Shown here piece by piece: positions 9,381 through 15,750 of a stretch of DNA of 32,000 bases (positions are counted from its first letter, which is position 1; each line of letters begins with the position of its first letter). The notes below the pieces were generated by a model, which did no database searches, was not told the origin of the DNA, and saw nothing but the letters and a program-made list of their open reading frames with translations. The translations under genes were made by a program, and so were the position numbers. Source of the stretch: Gemmata obscuriglobus. Lineage in GTDB: Bacteria; Planctomycetota; Planctomycetia; Gemmatales; Gemmataceae. Where the stretch lies: the NCBI RefSeq assembly GCF_008065095.1, contig NZ_CP042911.1, forward strand, positions 270,001 through 302,000, given 5' to 3'.

Positions 9381-9559
9381 CATCACCCGAGTCCCGTGAC
9401 AGCATACGGCCGCCAACTCGTACCGCATGCGGTATGAGGGCGTGTTTCCGCGGTCCTTAATCGGGCCGGACCGAACGGGTGCTTGTGTAAGCGAAGCCGG
9501 TGCAACGTGAGTTCCGAACCGCTGCACGCAGACGTGGGGCGGGGCGTATTCGGGTTCTT

Positions 9560-9657
9560 GGGGCTTCAGGTCAAAAGTCCAAAAGTCCCAAATCCAGCAA
9601 CAACAATGGCTTGTGGCTTTATGACTTGCTGGTCTGACGATTTTTGACTCGAAGCCC
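9560..9657. repeat. 98-nt hairpin-forming dispersed repeat, copy A
   Basis: Its reverse complement aligns with 12711-12807 at roughly 75% identity with one 1-nt gap. The termini ggggcttcaggtcaaaagtc / gatttttgactcgaagccc are inverted repeats. Confidence 0.65.
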
Positions 9658-9711
9658 TTATTCATCATGCGGCTGGTGGTGCCTGTTTCCGTGGCACAGA
9701 CCAAAACCGAC

Positions 9712-9846
9712 CTCATACATGAACCCGCCTGCGGTGTCGCGTTCTTGACGAGCCGCGACCGCCCGGGAGCGGGGTACGTGGCACCGCTCCCGGGCGGTCG
9801 CGGCTCGTCAAGAACGCGGCAATATTACCGGGTACGTGTATCAGGC
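9712..9846. repeat. 135-nt palindromic element, copy A (perfect 34-bp stem 9739-9772 / 9784-9817)
   Basis: gcgttcttgacgagccgcgaccgcccgggagcgg, an 11-nt loop, then its exact complement. The outer termini are also inverted. It is the reverse complement of copy B at 14075-14209. Confidence 0.85.
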
Positions 9847-9926
9847 AACCGGACCGTGAATGAGGTGCCAAAGGCGAACTGCGCCGCCGGACGGTCCGGC
9901 GACGCGGCGGCACTCGCCCACCGAAC

Positions 9927-12290
9927 TTATTGCCGGCCCTGGCTGCCGAACAGACCCATCGAGAAGCTGAACAGTTGGCGGTGGTCGTACGGCCCCTTCA
10001 CCACCGGGAACGCGAGGTCGAACGCCAGCGGGAGCGGCCCCAGCGCCGGCACCGACAGCCGGATGCCCGTACCCACCGACACCCGGTAGTCCTTGATGTC
10101 GAACTTGCTCTCCACCGTCCCGTGGTCCACGAACGCGACCCAGAACATCTTCTCGCTCGGCAGAATCGGGATCTGGTACTCGATCGAGTTGAGCAGCGAG
10201 AACGTGCCGCCGACCGCCAGCGTGTTCTCGTACGGCCCGACCCCGCGGAAGCTGAACCCGCGGAAGCTCCGGATGCCGCCGGCGTAGAACCGCTCGAACA
10301 CCGGGGCGTTGGTGCCCGCGACCGCCACCTGGGTGCGGAACCCGAGCACGTGGCGCTGGCTCCCGTCCTCGCGGGCCAGGTACTTGGTGGAGAAGAACTG
10401 GGTGAACTCGGCCGTCCCGACCGGGAACGTGTAGTCCCCGAGCACCTGCTCGAACCCGGCGTCGAACATGCTCCCCTTCGTCGGGTAGATGTACGAGTCG
10501 CGGGTGTCGCGGGTGATCCCGGCCCGCAGCCCGAGCAGGAAGTGGTTCCCCGCGTCCTTGGCGATCGACCACGGGGCGTACGCGGGCACGTCGCGCACGT
10601 TCACCCCCTCGACGCGGGTGCTGGCCGACGCGGTCCAGATCGAGTCCAGCCGCCGGTCGATGGTGACGCGCCCGCCGTACCGGTCCTCGTTGTACTCCGC
10701 GAACGAGCGGTTGTAGAAGTACGCCGCGGTGGTCAGCCCGAACGGGGTGTCGAACAGGTACGGCTCCCGGAACGTCGCCGAGTACCGCTGGAACGTGGTG
10801 CCCGGCGCGGCCTCGAGGCGCAGCTCCTGGCCGGCCCCGCGGAACGCCCGGCCGTACCGGAAGTCGTCCCAGCTCGTCGGGATGCGGGTGATGTCGAAGT
10901 TGCGCTCGTTGAGCGAGATGTTACCCGTCAGCCCGGCGTCCGAGTTCACGCTGCCGCCGAAGATGACCTGCCCGGTGCGGGTCTCCTTCACCCGCACGTC
11001 AATGTCCTTGAACGAGGTGTCCAGCTCGTTCGGCACGTCCCGGACCGTCGGCGGCTCCTCCATATCGAAGAGGCCGAGGCGCGAGAGGCGCATCTGGGCC
11101 TCCTCGAGCTTCGGGTACTCGAGGATCTGTCCCGGCCGCAGGTCGAGCTGGTTCAAGATGACGCGGTCGCGGGTGATGTCGTTGCCCTGGATTCTGATGC
11201 GCCCGACCCGGTCCGGCACCCCGCGGTCGTTGCCCACGACGTACTGCACCTGGACGACGCCGGGCTCGACCTCGTACCACTGCTCATCGATGGGCACGTT
11301 GTGCCCGCGGCTGCCGTAATACTCGCGGAGCCGCGTTTGGTCGCGCTGGGCGATGCGGCGGTCGTACCGGTCCCCGGGCTTCAGCTCGGTGACCGCCATG
11401 AGCTTGTCGGTCTCGAACGACTTGTTGCCGGTGATGATCTTGTCGGAGACGCGGTACTGCTGGCCCTCGACGATGTGGTACACGATGGTGACGCGGCTCT
11501 GGTCGGCCGAGCGGCGCACCTCGGGCTCGATCTTGACCGCGAGGTAGCCGAGCGCCTGGTAGTACTCGGTGAGCGCCTTGCGGTCCATCTCGATCGTCAT
11601 CGGGTTGAACTTGCCGCCGATCGCGCCCGCGAACGCCGTCTTCGTGGTGATCTGGGTCTTGAGCCGCCCGGTGATCGCGCCGACGTTGCCGACGAACTCG
11701 ACGCCCGCCACCTTCACGACCGGCCCTTCGACGATGTTGTACACGACGCGGCTGTCGGTCGGTTTGTTCCCCTCGACCAGTTCGACGGTCGCGTGGTACC
11801 GCCCGTCGTCCTGGTAGCGGCGCAGGATCGCGGCGCGGCCGACCTCGTTGGCCATCGGGTTCATGGCGTCGCCCTTGCGCAGCCCGGTGAGCGTGCGCAG
11901 GTCGCCGTCGCTGAGGTGCTGCGCCCCGTGGTACACGATCTCCTGGACCGTGTTGCCCAGTTCGGTGACGACGAACGTGACCGTCACCCGGCCGTCGGCT
12001 TCGTTGGTGGTGAGCACGCGGACGCCGTCGGCCGTGAACCAGCGCGTGCTCTGGAGCCGGCGCACGTCCTCTTGAACGAGCGCCTGGTCGTAGGGCTTGC
12101 CGGCGCGGCTGTGGACCATGTTGAGGATCTGGGCGGACGAGCGGAGGCGGCTTCCGGCGGTTTGGACCTCGGCAATCGTTTTCCCCTGCGGGTTGTCGGC
12201 CGCGGTCAGCCACCCGCGCGAGCCCGCGAGCAGCGCGAGCGCGAACACGGCGGCTACGAGCCACGGACGGAGACGACGACAGGCGGGCAT
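9927..12290 (-). CDS. bamA: outer membrane protein assembly factor BamA (Omp85, POTRA repeats plus beta-barrel)
   Basis: 787 aa with a signal peptide, repeated POTRA-like segments (VEFVGN..., IRIQGNDITRDRVILNQL) and a C-terminal Omp85 barrel ending in an aromatic-rich tail. Confidence 0.92.
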   Translation of the reverse strand: MPACRRLRPWLVAAVFALALLAGSRGWLTAADNPQGKTIAEVQTAGSRLRSSAQILNMVHSRAGKPYDQALVQEDVRRLQSTRWFTADGVRVLTTNEADGRVTVTFVVTELGNTVQEIVYHGAQHLSDGDLRTLTGLRKGDAMNPMANEVGRAAILRRYQDDGRYHATVELVEGNKPTDSRVVYNIVEGPVVKVAGVEFVGNVGAITGRLKTQITTKTAFAGAIGGKFNPMTIEMDRKALTEYYQALGYLAVKIEPEVRRSADQSRVTIVYHIVEGQQYRVSDKIITGNKSFETDKLMAVTELKPGDRYDRRIAQRDQTRLREYYGSRGHNVPIDEQWYEVEPGVVQVQYVVGNDRGVPDRVGRIRIQGNDITRDRVILNQLDLRPGQILEYPKLEEAQMRLSRLGLFDMEEPPTVRDVPNELDTSFKDIDVRVKETRTGQVIFGGSVNSDAGLTGNISLNERNFDITRIPTSWDDFRYGRAFRGAGQELRLEAAPGTTFQRYSATFREPYLFDTPFGLTTAAYFYNRSFAEYNEDRYGGRVTIDRRLDSIWTASASTRVEGVNVRDVPAYAPWSIAKDAGNHFLLGLRAGITRDTRDSYIYPTKGSMFDAGFEQVLGDYTFPVGTAEFTQFFSTKYLAREDGSQRHVLGFRTQVAVAGTNAPVFERFYAGGIRSFRGFSFRGVGPYENTLAVGGTFSLLNSIEYQIPILPSEKMFWVAFVDHGTVESKFDIKDYRVSVGTGIRLSVPALGPLPLAFDLAFPVVKGPYDHRQLFSFSMGLFGSQGRQ

Positions 12291-12347
12291 CGGATTCCCC
12301 TGAGGGCCTCGGACAGCGGCGGAGCGGTATCGGTGGCGCGAGACGGG

Positions 12348-12376
12348 CCAATACGCCGGGGAGAAATTTGTGTCAA
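12348..12376 (-). promoter_or_regulatory. candidate sigma70-type promoter for bamA
   Basis: Minus strand: TTGACA (12376-12371), 17 nt, TATTGG (12353-12348), about 55 nt upstream of the bamA ATG. The -10 is weak. Confidence 0.35.
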
Positions 12377-12710
12377 GATCGCGGCGCGCGGTGCCGAAAG
12401 GTGCGAGCCGGAAAAGAACGGTTCACCTCAATGGCACGCAGAGCACGAGGGGGACACAGAGAAGGCAAAAGAACGAAGAGCAAAATGGGAACGTGGGGCA
12501 GGAAGGAAAAACCAGTAGGGGCACGTATCCGCACTTTCGGTCGCGCGCTGTGTCTTTTCCAGCTTTCTCGGCTTCGCCTCTGGTTTCCCGTTTTGTTTGC
12601 GCCCCGTCGCATGATTGATTTCGTGCTGAGCGGTTCTCTCCGACATGGTTCGTGAGGCGATCGCGCGAGGCCTGCGGGCGACTTCGGAGGCGGTTCCGTC
12701 ACGAAACTGA

Positions 12711-12807
12711 GGGCTTTGGGCCAGAAGTGTCAGGTCCGCAAGTCGTAAAGCTACGGGCCATTATTACTACTGGATTTGTGACTTTAAGACTTTTGGCCCA
12801 AAGCCCC
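12711..12807. repeat. 98-nt hairpin-forming dispersed repeat, copy B (inverted relative to copy A)
   Basis: gggctttgggccagaagt...gacttttggcccaaagcccc. The arms pair over about 18 bp with one G-U. Confidence 0.65.
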
Positions 12808-12887
12808 AAAAGCGACCGCCACTGAATCTCTTCTCGCGCACCGCCACGCCAGAAAAGTGATCCATATGGTACAAGTGTGACGCGCCG

Positions 12888-13967
12888 ATGTACTACAATT
12901 TGGTCGCGAGCCCGGCTCTCCCGTCCGTTCACACTGCACCATTTATGTTCGCTATCCCTGAAGCACTTTACAAACTCGCACCGGTCACACTGCCGAGCCG
13001 CCGCTCCGAGCGGTTCAACGGGGCCGGCTACGAGGTTCCGCTGTCCCGGTTCGCGCCCGCCGATCGGGAGATCCTCGGTCGCGTGTACCAGAGCGTCAAC
13101 GGGCTGCCGCAGCTTTGGCACCCGATGCGGCATGACGCGGATTACTCGGTTCTGGAAGCGTACATCCGCCGGGTCGGCGGCGGCGGCGCGTTGCTGGCCG
13201 AAGTGGGCCACCTCGGGGAGGCGACACTGGCCGCCGGCGCGTCTGATCCCGCAATCCGCAAGGCGGTTCACGACATCCGCGGGGGCGGGCTCACCCTACT
13301 GCTCGGCACGGCCGACCTGCTCGACATCATGCCCGGGAACCGGAACGTCGTCCGCAAGTGCGTGGACGCCGCCCGGGATCACGCCAAGATTATGCGCAAC
13401 CTGCTTCCGGACATCGACCCGGTGGTGCGGGCGGCGGACGAGGCCACGAAGGCGCACACGATCGATCACTTCACGTCCAAATGGGACGGCATGGCGACGC
13501 GCGGCCAGACCGGGCCGGTGTTGGTAAGCATGCGGTGCTTGTTCACCGGGGCCATCTCGGCCCGGTGTCTGGAGACCTCCTCAATCGACCGCGTCGTTTA
13601 CAACTACGTGAACAACGCAGTACGGTTCGCGGCCGGCGGGGCCGTCACGGTGTGGATCTTCCCGGTAACGTCCGGGCTCACCCGGTGGGTGGTGCAGAAC
13701 GCCATCGGCGCCGACCAGGAGGCGTTCCTGGCCGAGCGAGTGGGGGACCTGGGGCGGTTGTTCGCGGGCGGGATCACCCGCGGCGGCACCGGGGTGGGAC
13801 TGGCCAACTGCGCCGAGATCGTGGCCGACTGCTTCGGGCTGGCCTCCCCGGCCGAGGCCGTATCCCGCGGGTATTTGGGTGCGGCAACGAGGGCGGGCGA
13901 CTACTTCACCTGGTTCCACTGGCCGGCCTACACGCCGGGCGCGGTTCACACCGCCATGGCGGTGTGA
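12888..13967 (+). CDS. histidine-kinase-like (GHKL) ATPase protein, soluble, no adjacent receiver
   Basis: H-box-like VHDIRGGGLTLLLG, N-box VVYNYVNNAVRFA, G2-like GGTGVGLANCAEIV. No TM segments. The start is uncertain (an alternative ATG gives MFAIPEAL at 12945). Confidence 0.7.
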   Translation: MYYNLVASPALPSVHTAPFMFAIPEALYKLAPVTLPSRRSERFNGAGYEVPLSRFAPADREILGRVYQSVNGLPQLWHPMRHDADYSVLEAYIRRVGGGGALLAEVGHLGEATLAAGASDPAIRKAVHDIRGGGLTLLLGTADLLDIMPGNRNVVRKCVDAARDHAKIMRNLLPDIDPVVRAADEATKAHTIDHFTSKWDGMATRGQTGPVLVSMRCLFTGAISARCLETSSIDRVVYNYVNNAVRFAAGGAVTVWIFPVTSGLTRWVVQNAIGADQEAFLAERVGDLGRLFAGGITRGGTGVGLANCAEIVADCFGLASPAEAVSRGYLGAATRAGDYFTWFHWPAYTPGAVHTAMAV

Positions 13968-14028
13968 ACTCGGGCTCTGAAGTGCGGCGTCGTGATTCGC
14001 TCATCACCGGACCGCGCGGGGTGGTAAC

Positions 14029-14062
14029 AAAAAAGCGGGCCGCCTCACTGAGGCGACCCGCT
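14029..14062 (-). terminator. rho-independent terminator (minus strand)
   Basis: Minus strand: AGCGGGTCGCCTC-loop-GAGGCGGCCCGCT followed by TTTTTT. The single non-Watson-Crick pair is G-U on the minus-strand RNA but C-A on the plus strand. Confidence 0.6.
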
Positions 14063-14074
14063 TGGCTCTGAGAA

Positions 14075-14209
14075 CTCATACACGTACCCGGTAATACTGC
14101 CGCGTTCTTGACGAGCCGCGACCGCCAGGGAGCGGTGCCACGTACACCGCTCCCTGGCGGTCGCGGCTCGTCAAGAACGCGACACCGCAGGTGGGTTCAC
14201 GTATCAGGC
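14075..14209. repeat. 135-nt palindromic element, copy B (perfect 34-bp stem 14102-14135 / 14147-14180)
   Basis: Same element as 9712-9846 in inverse orientation. It differs in the stem by a paired substitution on both arms (ccgccAggg / cccTggcgg versus ccgccCggg / cccGggcgg). Confidence 0.85.
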
Positions 14210-14611
14210 GCCACAACTCGAACAGGACGCGGCGTCCGACTTCCAGCCCTTCTCGGTCTCGGCCGAGTTCTTGGTCAGGTGGACGTGATCCTCGTGGACC
14301 CGGCCGACCCACGCGGTCGGCACGAAGTGGTGCTGACCGTCCGGGCTGTCGCTCCGGGTCAACTTGATGGCGTTCCCTTCAAGGTGATCGACGACGCCGA
14401 CCTTCTTGCCGCAGGAGGCGTACACCTCCATGTGCTCCTTGATCCCGGCCACGCCCTGGTTCTCACCCTTGTCGGCGCACCCGAACTTGGCCTTCTCCTT
14501 CACGTAGGCCGCCGTCTCGGACGCGCATTCGGCGATCTTGTGCCCGACGTTCTTCGCCGCATCGACCACCGTTTGGCCGGCGTCGGTCACTTTGTCTTTG
14601 ATGTTCGACAT
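14204..14611 (-). CDS. DUF2171 domain-containing protein with an N-terminal hydrophilic module
   Basis: IKEHMEVYASCGKKVGVVDHLEGNAIKLTRSDSPDGQHHFVPTAWVGRVHEDHVHL matches the DUF2171 pattern. GAGGAGA Shine-Dalgarno. Confidence 0.8.
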   Translation of the reverse strand: MSNIKDKVTDAGQTVVDAAKNVGHKIAECASETAAYVKEKAKFGCADKGENQGVAGIKEHMEVYASCGKKVGVVDHLEGNAIKLTRSDSPDGQHHFVPTAWVGRVHEDHVHLTKNSAETEKGWKSDAASCSSCGA

Positions 14612-14714
14612 GATCGTTCTCCTCAGTTTCAGTTGGGGGAGGCTATGTGAAGCGCCCGGTGCGGGCGGTAAGAGGGTGACTCGCCCGCACGCGGGCGGAC
14701 CGGTGTTACGCGGC

Positions 14715-14903
14715 TCACGTGCCGCTCTTGTCCTTCAGCTTCTGGCCGGCGTCTTTTGCCGCCTGGCCCGCCGACTTGACCGCGTCGGCGGTCTTTTCGG
14801 CCACCACCTCGGCCCCGTCCTGAATCTTTTCCCCGGTCTTCTTGGCCGCGTCCTTCACGGCTTCACCGGCGGTTTGGATCTTTTCCTTGATGGTGTCCGC
14901 CAT
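14715..14903 (-). CDS. small hydrophilic LEA/YtxH-like stress protein (62 aa)
   Basis: MADTIKEKIQTAGEAVKDAAKKTGEKIQDGAEVVAEKTADAVKSAGQAAKDAGQKLKDKSGT. AGGAGA lies 7 nt upstream of the ATG at 14903. Confidence 0.6.
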   Translation of the reverse strand: MADTIKEKIQTAGEAVKDAAKKTGEKIQDGAEVVAEKTADAVKSAGQAAKDAGQKLKDKSGT

Positions 14904-15019
14904 TTGCTCGTCTCCTGGTTTGGCCGGGCTACCCGGTCGGCTTGGCGAAGCTGTTATTTGCAACCGCCGTGCCGATCACCCGTGCCGTGCCGCGTGGTCC
15001 ACCGGCTCATTAACGGGCA

Positions 15020-15045
15020 AAGCCGCGGGCGATCGCCCGCGGCTT
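15020..15045 (-). terminator. perfect 26-nt palindrome, terminator-like hairpin after the 15068 gene
   Basis: aagccgcgggcgatcgcccgcggctt, located 23 nt downstream of the stop of CDS 15068-15253. On the minus strand only a short T run follows. Confidence 0.4.
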
Positions 15046-15067
15046 GATCTTGTCCGCCGAGGGCGGC

Positions 15068-15253
15068 TCAATCCTCCTCCGCCCCTCGACCTTCGCGACG
15101 CACGTCTTTCACAGGCTCTTGCCCCTTGTCGCGGGTCGTGCTGGCCGTTGGCGCGCCCGAGCCGTCCGGTGCGGCTGTGCCCACGGGTTCACCTTTCATG
15201 TCCTCGTCTTCACGCTTGCGGTCTTCGTCGCCGCGTTTGGTGCGCTCGGCCAT
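15068..15253 (-). CDS. small highly charged, probably disordered protein (61 aa)
   Basis: MAERTKRGDEDRKREDEDMKGEPVG... AGGAGA Shine-Dalgarno upstream of the ATG at 15253. Family not recognised. Confidence 0.5.
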   Translation of the reverse strand: MAERTKRGDEDRKREDEDMKGEPVGTAAPDGSGAPTASTTRDKGQEPVKDVRREGRGAEED

Positions 15254-15296
15254 ACCTGTCTCCTGTGATGTAAAACCAGGAAGGGTGGTGCGCGAC

Positions 15297-15536
15297 TCAG
15301 CCGGCGTCTTCGCCGTGGCGCGTGCCGCCGTCGTTCTTGGGGCCGGGCTGTTGCCGGGCGTGCTCGCCCGTTCCGGTGAAGTCACCGAGCCGCCGCTTCG
15401 GGTCTTCCTCCTGGAAGCCCTCCCCTTGATCGGCGACGGCGCCCGGCACGTCGTCGTCTTGTGGCCTGAAGGCCGTGCCTGATTGCGGGCGGTTGCCGGC
15501 CGGAACGGGACCTGTGCTATGGTTTTTCTTGCTCAT
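15297..15536 (-). CDS. small hydrophilic protein (79 aa)
   Basis: MSKKNHSTGPVPAGNRPQSG...GGTRHGEDAG. GGAGAC upstream of the ATG at 15536. Only 43 nt separate it from the next gene, so the two are probably co-transcribed. Confidence 0.5.
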   Translation of the reverse strand: MSKKNHSTGPVPAGNRPQSGTAFRPQDDDVPGAVADQGEGFQEEDPKRRLGDFTGTGEHARQQPGPKNDGGTRHGEDAG

Positions 15537-15750
15537 GGCGCGTCTCCACGATGCGGGCGAATGGCGAACGTGGAGCCGCAAGTGGTGTGCCAAGCGCCGT
15601 CGATCACCGGCTCAAAAGGAAATGGGCGACCACTCTATTCGATTTAGCTTGGCGATCGGGAAAAAATAGTTGTTTTAACGTGCGCAGCCGGTTGCACGCC
15701 TGCGTTTGCCACTTACAGCCACGTTGAAGAGGTCGGAGGGTGTGCCCGAC

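Noticed and set aside
9930-12518. 862-aa plus-strand ORF antisense to bamA
   Set aside because: Arg/Pro/Gly/Ala/Val/Asp/Glu-rich low-complexity translation with no recognisable motifs. It is a typical open shadow frame of a high-GC gene, and bamA on the opposite strand has clear domain structure.
12368-12702. ORFs of 72-109 aa on both strands in the bamA upstream region
   Set aside because: They lie in low-complexity purine/pyrimidine-rich DNA. Their translations are Lys/Arg/Gly-rich or Ser/Pro/Leu-rich without motifs, and they have no Shine-Dalgarno.
9560-12807. Idea that the inverted 98-nt repeats flanking bamA define a composite transposon
   Set aside because: The repeats are only about 75% identical and carry no transposase. 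No target duplication is seen. The enclosed gene is the essential, single-copy-type bamA. Independent insertion of an intergenic repeat family is more plausible.
9712-14209. Possibility that the repeated hairpins represent a CRISPR array
   Set aside because: There are only two copies about 4.4 kb apart, in opposite orientation, with genes between them. There is no regular repeat-spacer periodicity anywhere in the window.
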